Shown: positions 12,301 to 24,767, counted from the stretch's first letter. The stretch: 64,000 nt of DNA from Eledone cirrhosa (GCA_964016885.1 OZ024741.1:322400001-322464000), one strand, 5' to 3'. The notes: generated from the sequence alone by a model not told the origin. Made by a program: numbers and translations.

Positions 12301-13886
12301 GGAGGAATATGAAAGGTTGACGGGAGCAAAACTTAACCCGGAAAAGTCAGTAGGCTTGCAACTCGGCACCTGGAGAGGCAAGTCCATGCTGTCCAACAGC
12401 GTCGTTAGGCGCTGGACGGACGGACCGGTAAAGTTGCTAGGGGTTTGGTTCGGGCCAGACCTCCAGGTGGATAAGAATTGGGACGAGGTGACGGGCAGGG
12501 TAGTCAGTCTCACCCAAAAATGGGCTGGGATAAAGCTATCACTGAAAGGTCGGGCGGAGGTGGCGAACGCGTACATCGCGTCCGTCATCTACTACCGTCT
12601 GACTGTCGTCCCTTGCCCCCGTTCGCGCCTCGCCATCTTGGAGCAGCTCCTCTTCAAATTCTTGTGGTGGGGTCAGGTTCCGCTGGTGAGGCGGTCCATC
12701 TGCTGCCAACACCCTCTACGTGGAGGGCTGGGCATGCCGTGGCTAATGATGCGCAGGCACGCGCTGAGGCTGCGGCATCTCCAGATATTCTGCCGAAACG
12801 GTGAACAGGTGTGGTCGCCGTTTGTCAGACGGGCCTTTCCGCAGCTCGTTTCTTTAACTGAGTTGCAGTCCTGGGTCAAGAAGAGACCGAGACTGGGTAA
12901 CTGGCATCTGGAATGTTGCCAGGCGCTCACTGCCATCTACCGGGTGGGCAATGCGGTCAGTGGAACTTTCACTCTCGAGTTCTATAGAGGATTAGTGGTG
13001 GGCAAATGCGACGACGCACTCGGAGAGGCTCTGGGAGTCAACGAAGTCGAACTAACCAGTCTGTACCGGAGGACTTTCGAGCCAGGGACGATGGATAATT
13101 TCCAAAAATCCCTACTTTGCAGTACTACCGGGAGGCACTGCCGGTTCGAGATAAACTCTACAGGCACGGAAGTGTTGTCAGACGGACCTGCCCGAGATGC
13201 GCGCAGAGCGACGAAACCGTTCTGCACGCACTCGTCCAGTGTCCGTGCATTACTGACTTGTGGAGTTATGTTGAACAGCTGTTGTGGCGTGCAGAACGGA
13301 TCCGGCTATCGGCCGAGTACATAGTGAAGATCGACCCGCCGCCTTCTTTTGGCCAGGAAGGGCAGGCCTTTTTCCTCTGTCTGATGGCAGTAGCGAAAGA
13401 GGTTGTATGGTGGACGAGGTTGAAAGCACTGAAGACAGACACTTTTCTCTTCGGCCAATCCCTCATCAACTTTTTCAAGTTTCACTTGGAAAGGAAGGTG
13501 AGGGTGGAGAGAGAAGTGCTGCCCCCCCCCCCCCCCCCAGTACATTTGCTGAAAGGTGGGTGAATGTGGCGAGAATGGCCCGTGTGAGTGGGCCTACTCT
13601 GGTCATGCGGCTGTAGGCAGGTAAATTTGAAGAGGAGAGCGGTGCCCTTCCAGGGTGCTCTCGAAGCGTCGGGTCGTTCAGGACTGGTGGGGTACCTGAG
13701 CGAACCCTAGTTGGTCATCCCCCTCTATTGGGGAATTTGTTTCTTGTAATTTTATTGTTACTTTACTGTTACTTTGTTATTGTTACTTTGTTTATTCATA
13801 TTGTTTACTCGATTTTTCTGTAAAAACCCACTGTCCAGTGTTTTGTATTGTCCCTATATGTCGGCCCTTGTGGCCAATAAATGAAA

Positions 13887-13888
<2 letters not shown>
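9381..13888 (+). mobile_element. Tx1/L1-type LINE, subfamily A (copy 2), intact 5' end with ~1.4 kb internal deletion
   Basis: 5' UTR, frameshifted ORF1 from ATG 9586, 721-aa RT ORF. Colinear with the 51679-57595 copy except for the missing ORF1 C-terminus and most of the APE domain. (ATT)n on both sides. Confidence 0.93.
11159..13324 (+). pseudogene. ORF2 fragment (reverse transcriptase) of LINE copy 2
   Basis: KSPGLDGLPYE, FRSITLLNTEFKILA, KAFDRVDH, SVRQGCPLS, SAYADD; frameshifts upstream and downstream. Confidence 0.9.
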
Positions 13889-13939
<51 letters not shown>

Positions 13940-14153
13940 GAATGCCATGGTTGACGGAGGCTCGGCTCTGTAAGGTATAGTAATTTTTAACCGTTAAAAC
14001 AATTGTAAATTGTTTAAAACTTGAACCAAATTGTTGATAAAGACACCCTCCTCCTCGTGAGAGGGGTCTTTCTGTCCGTTATTTGGCCCTTCGGGGTTAA
14101 ATAACCAGTTATTGGGGTTTTGTACCCAATATTCATTTTAAACAAAAAACAAC

Positions 14154-16254
14154 ATGGCTACGAAAAAGAAATTTCATACGTCACTCCCACTCATTCCGTC
14201 TTCTTCTTCCTCAATCATCACTACAGCAGAGAGAAGATTGTCTCTCTCCCTCCCTTCTTTAAATGTGTCTCTCTCCCTCCCTTCTCTTTCGCAAGCGACG
14301 AAAGAAAAGAAAAGTCTCGTGCAAAGCGTGCAAGGTTTCTCCACGACGACGACGACAGCGACGAAACAGGTGTGCGGGAAACACGAAAACCCAGTTCATT
14401 CGTCTGACGTCAGGAATAATAGCAGTAGCAGCCGTAATAACAACAGCAACAGTGACAATGAAAACAACAGTAGCAGCCGCAACAGCATCACCAGCAGCAT
14501 AAACAACAACAGCATTAGCAGCAGCAACACCAACAACAACCACAGCAACAGCGGCGGAGGCAGTAGTCGTAGTACCTGCAGCAACAACAAAAGTACCAGC
14601 AGCTCTGACGACAACAACAACAGCAGAGAAAAACCAATCTCATTTGCAGGTATTTCGAAAAATTTGGAAACAATCCTCATAACAAATGAGGAATTAGAGG
14701 AAGCGAAGAAGATGGTGACAAAGAACGGACACCGAGCAATCTGCAAGGCAGCGAAAAGTTTTTTCGAAACCCAAGAGCACTGTACGGTCACGTACCGTAC
14801 AGTAAGTACAAAATCCCGTAGGGTGGAAAGAGCCACAGAGGCCCAAATACAAAAAGCCTTGGGGTCTGTGTGGCAGAGGAAAACGCACATCACCCGAGGC
14901 AAAAAATACGCCACCGTAGACGTACTTTTTGCCACACCCCAGGAGGCAAAGGCCCAATCAGTAGTGACCCTAAGGAGCGAGGAAATGGTGTTGGTGCCCT
15001 CCTACTGCGGGCAAAAAATTGTGAGGGAGGGTCAAACTGACCCACGTCCCCCCCGGAATGACCCCTTCTTGGCTGGCCGCGTCTGTCCTCGTCGGAATCG
15101 AGGACAAAACAACTGTACTGCAAGTACAGAAAAAAGTAAGAGAAGATTGGGTCGGCTCCTCCATTGAGATGCTAATCCAAACCAACCAGGAGTGCATCGA
15201 AGCTATCCCGGATGTGATAGACTTCGATAACGGCACTCAACTGCCCATAAGTGTTGAGGGCAAACGCCCGAAATGCTTTCGCTGTGGATCGAAGACCCAC
15301 CTCAGGGCCTTCTGCAACGAGAAGACCCTGAGAAAGGAGAAAACCCCCCTCCTTCCGAATCCGGCTCCACGGCTACCAGCAACAGGACAAGCGGCAACCA
15401 GGAACGATAGGCCCGTGGCACCCATACCCACTCCACGGAAATCAAAAACAGCAGCAGCAGTGGAAATACTAACAACAACAACAGCAATACCAAATGCAGC
15501 TGCAACAGAGACTCCAGTGCAAACATCACCAACAACAACAAGTGAAAGAGTGGAGTTGGTACCCCTCCCCGACCTCACAGAATCAGACATGGAGTGTGAG
15601 GTGGGAGAGAGATGGCAAAAGGTCGTAAGAAGGCACAAACGCAGAAGCAGCGCATCGTCGCCTTTGAAAAGGGAGGAAAGAAATGAGAAAAGGGTAAAGT
15701 CTACTGCAAAGAGACCCACAGCAGCAACAACACCAACACCATCACCACCCACACTAGCGCCACCATCACCACCGGCGACAACCCCACCGCCAACAACACC
15801 TTCAACACCACCACCACAAGCACCAACATCGCAAACACAACAACAAAACACACACACCCAGCAACAACGACAAGAAAATAGCAGAACCACACCCCACCCC
15901 CAGAAAAACAAATGCACGGCAATAAATACACACAACAAGAAACTAATGACTTACATAATTGAACACACAGACATTTCACAACAGGACTACATAATACCAG
16001 CACCAATCAAAACGCCAACTAACATAAGACTGCTAAAAATAGCACAGAAACAATACACAAACATTAAAACGAAATTCCCCAACGCAGTTGGTGATTTCAG
16101 GGACCTAGGAGGAACCATCAATCGAAGAGTATACTCAGACATTCTCTTAGAAGAGCCGACGACCAGCCGAAGGGACGATTCAACGGTCCCTTCACCAGAC
16201 GATCAAGTGAAAAGGGATGTAAAAACCATCCCTCCTCTACCAAAAGTACGGTAA
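14154..16254 (+). pseudogene. ORF1 (gag-like, CCHC zinc knuckle) of LINE copy 3, split by one frameshift near 15025
   Basis: ORFs 14154-15167 and 15058-16254 join if the 4-nt duplication in gtgagggagggtc is removed; knuckle CFRCGSKTHLRAFC. Confidence 0.85.
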
Positions 16255-16289
16255 GTGGTCTTTCCCATCTTTTCCACTCTATTTTAAAC

Positions 16290-19200
16290 ATGACCTCACT
16301 CAGAATAGGCAGCATAAATGCGCGTGGCTTGGGGTCGTCATGGAAGCAGGGTCACCTGCTCAACGACCTCAGGTCACTAAACATAGATGTAGTGGCCATC
16401 AGCGAGACCAGAATCTCCGAAGCACGGGCCTTCGCACCGATCTTCGGCGGCTACGATGTGTACGCATCTCCCAGCCGTCCTGGATCCGGTGGAGGAGTTG
16501 CTGTGCTTTTTCGGAGAGGTTTGGATCTCGCCATACGGGCCATCTTCCTGGACCCAGAGGGTAAGCTGGTGGTGCTGGACGTGACCAGCGGAGACGGGCA
16601 AGCTTTCAGGCTAGTGGCCGTCTATGCCCCGACAGGAGCAGGGCGGCCTGATTTCTTCCGGCGTCTGGAGACCTTTCTTGGAACGTCCCGCTCTTTAGTG
16701 TTAGTGGGCGACTGGAACGGGATCTTAGATGCACGCTGGGACTGTGTGGGATTAGCGGATAGGGGTGGAGGGTGCAAGAGCCTCACCAACCTGCTCAGGC
16801 GTTTTGAACTGTCTGACAGGTACCGATTGGATTTCCCGAATGTGCCAATGTGGACTTGGACAAACCGCATAGGGTCATCCAGATCATATCTAGATAGAGT
16901 ATTTTGTAGGGAAATAGATAGGTCTAGCATAGGCTGTCCACAATTCAAGATAGTCAGCTACACGGACCACAAATTCGTGACCTGTGTGCTTGACTTAGAT
17001 AGGCTTCATAGACGAGGACCCGGCTACTGGAAGCTAAACGCGTCCTTACCAGCGCGCAAGGCCTACAGAGACCGGATTAGCGAACTAGTTAAGCGGGCGT
17101 TGACGGGGGCCATCGTCAACAACAAGTGGTGGTTTGCTCTGAAAAGAGCGATTAGAATAGAATCGATTAGGTTTAGTAAGGCTTTAGCAATAGAGAAAAA
17201 TAGAGCAGAGGGAGAACTAGTTAGAAAATTAGACGAGGCGCTTAGCAAAGGCATTGCGACCGACGTGCTTGCGGCGAAATTGGCCCTTGACCAATTCTTC
17301 AATGCAAAGCACGAAGGCTGCGTTGTCAGAGCTAGGGTGCGTGCTCTCAGACACGAGGGGACGAAAGCCGTTCAATGGGCCCGAGTGGCGGAGGCGCGTC
17401 GTGGCAACAAAGCCACGATCCGGTCTTTGGTGGACCACGACGGGCGCATGCTACTCGATCCCGGGCAAATGTGTGAAGCTTTTCAGCGACACTTCGCTCA
17501 GCTGTTCGGGGGCAGCGGGGGGCCGGGTAGAGGGATGGACTTTAGTGTCTACCTCGACGGACTGCCGCGGCTCTCGGCCACTGAGGCGAAGTGTTGCGAA
17601 AAACCGATAACAGCCGCTGAAGTACGGGAGGCAATGACTGGCTGCACAAGGGGTAAATCGCCTGGTTTGGATGGTCTGCCCTATAAACTTTACGTACAGA
17701 TGCCAGACTTGTTCGGAGGCCTCTTGGCGGACGTCTACTGCAACTGGCAACAGAACGGGAGAATTCCCAGTTCTGTGAGCCGAGGAGCGGTGGCACTGCT
17801 GAGAAAGGATCCGAACAAGGGGGATAACATAGACAATTTCCGGCCCATAACTCTGCTAAACACAGAGTTTAAGATTTTGGCCAAGGTGCTAGCAAAGAGG
17901 TTGGCGCTTGTCGTTGGTGGTCTGGTGGGAGAGGCGCAGACATGCGCCATTCCCGACAGATCCATCCACGACAACCTCCACCTCATGCGATACATCGTAG
18001 AGAGGGTAGCTAGGGAACCTGGCACGGGTGGGTCCTTGATCAATTTAGATCAGTCGAAAGCTTTCGATAGGGTCGACCATCGTTACCTAGCGGCAGTCCT
18101 GAGGGCGGCTGGCTTTGGGCCCGTCTTCAGAGGCTGGATCGCTGCCATGCACAGCGACATCTGCTCTGTGGTGAGAGTGAACGGTCACCTGTCGGAACCG
18201 TTCAACATCATGCGCTCGGTCCGCCAAGGATGTCCCCTCTCGTCCCTCTTGTACGTATTGACTCTCGAGCCATTACTGCACAAACTGGAGACGTTGAGGG
18301 GAGTCCCGCGCGAACTAGGATGCGGAAGATCCGTGTCAGCATATGCGGACGATGTCACCGTAGTGGTGTCGAACGCCAAACACATCGAGGCGATCGGCAC
18401 TACACTAAGAGAATACGAAGCGGTGACAGGAGCAATGATCAACCAGGAAAAGTCAGTGGGCCTGCAGCTCGGCACCTGGAGAGGCAGGTCCATGCCGTCC
18501 AACAGCGTCGTCGGGCGCTGGACGGACGGACCGGTTAAATTGCTAGGGGTCTGGTTCGGTCCGGACCTCCAGACGGACAAAAACTGGGACGAGGTGACGA
18601 GCAGGGTGGCTTCTCTCACCCAGAAATGGGCGGAGAGGAAGCTATCCCTGAAAGGTCGAGCGGAGGTGGCTAACGCGTACATCGCGTCTGTCATCTGCTA
18701 CCGCCTAACCGTCGTACCTTGTCCTAAGCCTCGCCTGACTGCGCTGGAGCGTTTGCTCTTTCGCTTTTTGTGGAAGGGACGTGCTCCGATGGTCAGGCGG
18801 TCCATCTGTTGTCAACACCCGCTACGTGGAGGGCTGGGCATGCCGTGGCTGATGATGCGCAGGCACGCGCTCAGGCTACGACATCTCCACCTCTTCCTCG
18901 ACGGTGATCAGGTGTGGTCGCCGTTTGCTAGACGCGTTTTTCCCCAGCTCGTTTCCTTGACGGAGCTGCAGTCCTGGGTCAAGCGAAGACCGAGAGGGAG
19001 CGCCTGGAGACTGGAATGTCTTCAGGCGCTCACAGCCCTCGACCAATCGGGCAATGTGATCGGTGGAAACTCCACCTCGGCGTTCTATAGAGGATTAGTG
19101 GAGGGGAAGAGCGACGACGTACTTGGGGAAACTCTAGGCGTCGACGAAAATCAACTAGCCAATCTCTTCGGAAGAACTTTCGGGCCAGGGCCTATGGACA

Positions 19201-19709
19201 ACTTCCAGAAATCTCTGGCCTGGCAATGCTACCGAGGAGCCTTGCCAGTTCGGGATAAACTCTACAGGCATGGAGGTGCCGTCAGCCGGGCATGTCCGAG
19301 ATGCGCGCAGGGCGACGAAACCGTCCTGCACGCACTCGTCCAGTGTCCGAAAATTGCTGACTTGTGGGTTTATGTCGAACACCTGCTGTCGCGTTTAGGA
19401 CGGATCCAGCTATCATCTGAGTCTATCGTGAGGATTGCCCCGCCCTCCTCCTTTAGCCGGGAAGGGCAGGCAGTTTTTATCTGTCTGGTGGCCATGGCGA
19501 AAGAGATAGTATGGTGGACACGTTTGAAAGGGCTGAAGACGAGCACTTACCTCTTCGGTGATGCTCTGATTGACTTTTTCAAATTTCATTTGAAAAGGAA
19601 AATCAGAGTAGAGAAGGAAGTGCTCTCTTCCCAGCATTTTGTTGAAAGATGGGTGAGAGAAGCAAGAATGGCCCGAGTGAATGGGCCGACTCTGAGTATA
19701 TATCTGTAA
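16290..19709 (+). CDS. ORF2 polyprotein: AP-like endonuclease + reverse transcriptase + C-terminal CCHC (1139 aa, uninterrupted)
   Basis: SINARGL, ISETR, VYAP, GDWN, SYLDRVF, YTDHK, PGYWKLN (APE); QGCPLS, YADD (RT); CPRC-x8-H-x4-C. Confidence 0.95.
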   Translation: MTSLRIGSINARGLGSSWKQGHLLNDLRSLNIDVVAISETRISEARAFAPIFGGYDVYASPSRPGSGGGVAVLFRRGLDLAIRAIFLDPEGKLVVLDVTSGDGQAFRLVAVYAPTGAGRPDFFRRLETFLGTSRSLVLVGDWNGILDARWDCVGLADRGGGCKSLTNLLRRFELSDRYRLDFPNVPMWTWTNRIGSSRSYLDRVFCREIDRSSIGCPQFKIVSYTDHKFVTCVLDLDRLHRRGPGYWKLNASLPARKAYRDRISELVKRALTGAIVNNKWWFALKRAIRIESIRFSKALAIEKNRAEGELVRKLDEALSKGIATDVLAAKLALDQFFNAKHEGCVVRARVRALRHEGTKAVQWARVAEARRGNKATIRSLVDHDGRMLLDPGQMCEAFQRHFAQLFGGSGGPGRGMDFSVYLDGLPRLSATEAKCCEKPITAAEVREAMTGCTRGKSPGLDGLPYKLYVQMPDLFGGLLADVYCNWQQNGRIPSSVSRGAVALLRKDPNKGDNIDNFRPITLLNTEFKILAKVLAKRLALVVGGLVGEAQTCAIPDRSIHDNLHLMRYIVERVAREPGTGGSLINLDQSKAFDRVDHRYLAAVLRAAGFGPVFRGWIAAMHSDICSVVRVNGHLSEPFNIMRSVRQGCPLSSLLYVLTLEPLLHKLETLRGVPRELGCGRSVSAYADDVTVVVSNAKHIEAIGTTLREYEAVTGAMINQEKSVGLQLGTWRGRSMPSNSVVGRWTDGPVKLLGVWFGPDLQTDKNWDEVTSRVASLTQKWAERKLSLKGRAEVANAYIASVICYRLTVVPCPKPRLTALERLLFRFLWKGRAPMVRRSICCQHPLRGGLGMPWLMMRRHALRLRHLHLFLDGDQVWSPFARRVFPQLVSLTELQSWVKRRPRGSAWRLECLQALTALDQSGNVIGGNSTSAFYRGLVEGKSDDVLGETLGVDENQLANLFGRTFGPGPMDNFQKSLAWQCYRGALPVRDKLYRHGGAVSRACPRCAQGDETVLHALVQCPKIADLWVYVEHLLSRLGRIQLSSESIVRIAPPSSFSREGQAVFICLVAMAKEIVWWTRLKGLKTSTYLFGDALIDFFKFHLKRKIRVEKEVLSSQHFVERWVREARMARVNGPTLSIYL

Positions 19710-19998
19710 ACTAAAGGTGGAAAACTGGGAGAGGGCACTTGCCTTGGTGGTCAGGGTCATTGTGGCTTTTTACTGGGCTTTCTCCACAAATGTCCCTCCG
19801 AAGTCTCCCCCCTATTGGGGAATTTTTCATTGTTATTTTCATTGTTATTTTTGTTACATCCTCTGTTTTTGTTTTTTTTACACGCAGAAATGCCCATTTG
19901 TACCGTCCTGCATTGTCCTGCACTGTCCTTAATGTCTACTTTATGTAAACCCTTGTGGTTAATAAAGAAATCATTATTATTATTATTATTATTATTAT

Positions 19999-20045
<47 letters not shown>

Positions 20046-20472
20046 ATAGTAGTACAGATTAAAGTTAAGCAAAGAATCGCTGCATTTTCTGAAACCGACA
20101 AAAATAAACGTTAGAACCAAACGAAATCAGGAAGACATATATACAATCCTTATTGAGCCCAGCTAGGATTTTGATTACTATAATATAATAAAATCCGACC
20201 TTCTTTTTTCATTGAAGTATTTAACCACGAGATATTACATCTATGATGGATGATACGCATAAAGTCGAGTGTTTTAGCTTAATGCACCACGCTCTGCTAA
20301 TAGGAATGACTAGATCTACATATTAGTTATACCCCCCAACATAAATTGAATATACACACACACACATACACACACATATATATATATACACACACGCGCA
20401 CTCATTTATATATATATGTATAACGGCTTCCTAAACATACCCAAGTTCCATATATATATATATATATATACC

Positions 20473-20540
<68 letters not shown>

Positions 20541-20710
20541 ACTAAAATCCAAAGGGGGCTCGATAAGGATAAATATATATAAGATATATAAGAACCGTAG
20601 AGCAAATATTTATTAAAATAACAGATTAAAATAATAATAACAGAATCAAATAACAGAATAATAACAGAATTAATAACAGAATAAAATCTGTTGTTTTAAT
20701 AAATAAATAA

Positions 20711-20751
<41 letters not shown>

Positions 20752-20755
<4 letters not shown>

Positions 20756-20990
20756 CAGTTGATATGTTTAGGAAGCCTTTACAATGTAGGTGGGTTTGAA
20801 ATACCAGGGAAACAAAGTCGGAAGGGAGATGAGGTAGAACGCAAAGAGTGGGAGAAGGGGAAAATATAAAGACAAACATAACTTATTATTACGTTAATAA
20901 TTTATTAGTCCCAATATTTCGGATATACTATCCATAATCAAGAAAACCGTAGGGGAAAACCTTGGAGAAATCGGGGGTTGTCTTTCTTAG
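20752..20990 (-). mobile_element. Decayed PLE-type 3' end with degenerate HHR (20909-20946); related to 22945-23490 and 26480-26866
   Basis: Shared tggat..atccgaaata..gggac and ggcttcc(t/a/c)aaac terminal motifs, abutting (AT)n. Confidence 0.5.
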
Positions 20991-21046
20991 TTGCTGTAAT
21001 TTGTTATGTGTGTATGTAGGTGGATATATATATATGTCAGTCGATC

Positions 21047-21252
21047 GACTTTCGTCAAATCGGACCGAGGAAACAATGTTTCCATTGGTCTTTCCAATTG
21101 CTAATACTATCTATCGGTCGCAACTCCAGGTAGATAGAGCAACATGAAATAAAGTGTCTTGCCCAAGGGCATAACGCATCACCCAGTCCGGGAATCGAAC
21201 TCACAACCTCACGATTGCGAATCCAATCCTCTAACCACTCAGCCACGCGCCT
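21047..21252 (-). mobile_element. tRNA-derived SINE
   Basis: Reverse complement has A box TGGCTGAGTGG and B box GTTCGATTCC, followed by a cccttgggcaagacacttt core. Confidence 0.8.
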
Positions 21253-21266
21253 TCATATATATATAA

Positions 21267-21297
<31 letters not shown>

Positions 21298-21988
21298 CAT
21301 GTGTGTGTATACCAATGCAAATGACCATAATAATAGTTGAGAAAATCCGATAAAGTACCACTGGTGACATAAAAAGGTGGATAGATGTACCTCTGTCGAC
21401 CTTTTTTCTGTCTTCCTCGATATGTTAGCCAATGTTCTCAATTGCAATATAGAGTGATTGACTATTATTCTGAATATTTGCGTTGGGATGCACACATTTC
21501 AAAGTCTCTCAATGGTTTTTAAAGTCATCCAGATTGTTTATATCTATGTATGTTTATATAATGTAGTTATCTAGGACTGGGGATTGGTGGAATTATTTGA
21601 GCAACAGACGAGAAAATGTGTAAGAAAAGATTTATATAAAAACCTGCAAATGTTGGGATTTTCTAAGAAAGGATTTTTCAACACAGGAAACTGACAAGCA
21701 ATCTTCATATGTAATCGATTTTTCGCAAGGATAAAGTGGATAAAAGTGCCTTGTCCATTTTTTCCGTAGCCAGGGGTTCTTTACGTGATTTTCTAAACTA
21801 TTCTTTATAGCAATCAACTTTAATGATAGTAATTTACGTTGGGACGACTGCATTTCATATTTCAATTTTTCTCAATGAAAATTGTATGTTCGACAGGTAT
21901 ATATGATTATATATATATATTCAGGGGGGGGGGGGGTACCCCAGCGTGGCCTCAGCCGGATGGCTGGAACAGGTAAAAGAGTAAAAGA

Positions 21989-22048
<60 letters not shown>

Positions 22049-22068
22049 TATATCTATGTATATATATG

Positions 22069-22101
<33 letters not shown>

Positions 22102-22102
<1 letters not shown>

Positions 22103-22671
22103 GCGATGAAATACCAATGAAGGTTGGAAGATCACTGATGAAGGACTAAATTTATTCATATGTAACCCATTTGCAACCACGCAGCACGCCATGTTTCCAT
22201 ATTCATATATAATTTCCTCCGCTGTGACCCGTCTGTTTCTTTCTTACTGCTTCCCCTTTTCTCTGTATCTCTCACTTCCTTTTACCCCCTCTAACAGTCA
22301 CTCCTTCTGTTAGCCTCTTCCTCACACTTTCACTCACTCACTCTCTGCTACTCCCTCTCCTACTTCCTCCCGTTTGACCTGTGCGAGATTCTTTCCTCAC
22401 GCACACTTTGACCAGGTCGGATGGTCTTTATTCTCTCTCGTCTACGATTTCACAGAACTTATGTTCATCGATTTCAGGGACTTGACGCCTTCTTCCTCAC
22501 TTTTCGTTGCATTACCATCTTTGAATGTTTACTGTCTCGCTCGTTCCCCCTATTTACGTGTCCCAACGACTTTCTTTAGCCGTTGCTCGCACCAACTAGA
22601 GGTATATGGTCTTTAAAGCGATGAAATACCAATGAAGGTTAGAAGATCACCGATGAAGGACTAAATTTATT
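22102..22671 (-). mobile_element. Non-coding 515-bp unit with ~55-bp terminal direct repeat in (AT)n (non-autonomous PLE / retrozyme-like)
   Basis: 22102-22156 repeats at 22617-22671; AATAAA lies inside the repeat on the minus strand; a degenerate HHR-like motif is at ~22181-22226. Confidence 0.6.
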
Positions 22672-22699
22672 TATATATATATAGAGAGAGAGAAAAAAA

Positions 22700-22868
22700 G
22701 ATGAAATCGAAAATGCAACTGGAGTCTTATTTAAAAAAAATATATATATATTTATTTGAAAAATAAGACTCCAGTTGCATTTTCGATTTCATCCTTTTTC
22801 CTTTTTTCTTTATACTTTCAATCGTGTAGGATACCTCGGTTATTTTTCATTTTGTAAAAAAACCTCAC

Positions 22869-22873
<5 letters not shown>
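22700..22873. repeat. Short fold-back element: 33-bp perfect inverted repeat with a one-sided extension, between (AT)n tracts
   Basis: gatgaaatcgaaaatgcaactggagtcttattt versus aaataagactccagttgcattttcgatttcatc. Confidence 0.7.
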
Positions 22874-22944
<71 letters not shown>

Positions 22945-22945
<1 letters not shown>

Positions 22946-23490
22946 AAGAAATTAAAATATGGTTAGAAAAGTTCCATGTATTTTATTATGCGCATTTCAA
23001 AAACAAATATGATCCAGGGACGATATTTGCGTTCTCATCAGATAAAATAGGGAGACATGATATGAAGCTTTAAAAAGACACTTGTAAGCAAGGTAGTGTC
23101 TAAACAACAAAATATATACATATGTATACATCAGATATTCAAAACAACAACGAACAGCGGAGGACACGTTTCGCACCTTTCCGACAGACAACCCCCCCCC
23201 ACCCCCCACCCCCACCACCACCACCACCACGGAACCCCACCCCCAGTTGATGGATGTGAATCCGAAATATATAGGGACAATTAAATCTTCCTCAAGGTAA
23301 CTCTATCTCGTGTTATTATTTTTATCCTTTACGCTCTTTCCTACATTCTTCTACACGCTACACATCTCAACCTCTCTCTCCACCACCGGATCTTGTTACC
23401 CGGAGATTTACCCATCTGCATTGTTGAGGCTTCCAAAACGACATAAAGAAATATACCTTATTATTCCACAATGCTTCAAGCAAACTTCAA
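22945..23490 (+). mobile_element. Decayed PLE-type 3' fragment with degenerate HHR (23241-23277)
   Basis: ccc-CAGTTGA-T-GGAT-GTGA-ATCC-GAAA-TATATA-ggga; 3' part matches 26808-26865. Confidence 0.55.
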
Positions 23491-23504
23491 TACTCTCTTA
23501 TATA

Positions 23505-23847
<343 letters not shown>

Positions 23848-24468
23848 TATGTATATAAATATATATGTATATATATATATGTGTGTGTATATATATATAT
23901 ATATATATACAAAATATATATACAAAACATTAAAAATATTTAAAAATTGAAGTATATATATAGGGACACAAAAACACATATATATGAATATTTTTCGATG
24001 CTAGATGTGTATCGTTAACATATATATGTAATGGCTTATCCTCTATAGTATTGTGTGTCTAAGCCCATTTGTGTTGTTGGCTAATTTTGTACAAGTCTTA
24101 TTTAGATAATATCGCTTTATTATACAGTTATAATTTATTACTCTTAGACCTAACACATAAAACACACACAAACTCACACACACACAAACACACACATAAT
24201 ATATATAAAATTACATAGATGCACACATACACGCATACATATATATAATATATATATACACATGCACGCACCCACACTCCCAAATACAAACACTAACATA
24301 CTCAAACAAATTTCTATGTGTATGCATATATGTGCATCCATATATTTATCTATACATGTCTATTTATACATATGAATATATGTATGTATGTATGTATGTA
24401 TGTTTGTCTGAATGTATATAAGTATACATATGTATATATATATGTATATATATATATATATGTGTATG

Positions 24469-24569
<101 letters not shown>

Positions 24570-24734
24570 ATATAAAGATCAACGTAAAAAAATATACTCT
24601 TTCCAATTTCTTTGATTTTTGTTATTAATATTAATTTTTCTTTGAATGTCGTTCAGTCTCTTTCTTTCTTCCTCTACCTTCTGGAAGAAGAAGAAGAAAT
24701 ACTATTATAACACGTAATGTACAATAGCAGCAGC

Positions 24735-24767
<33 letters not shown>

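Larger units (their letters stand above)
13940..19972 (+). mobile_element. Full-length Tx1/L1-type LINE, subfamily B (copy 3)
   Basis: 5' UTR, ORF1, intact ORF2 and 3' UTR with AATAAA. (ATT)n at 13889-13939 and 19973-19999. Confidence 0.95.

Noticed and set aside
21170-21252. tRNA gene
   Set aside because: A and B boxes run into a SINE body without a proper acceptor stem; called as a SINE head.
21310-21870. Possible host exons in non-repetitive sequence
   Set aside because: Frames contain stops, no recognisable domain, and splice signals are unconvincing.
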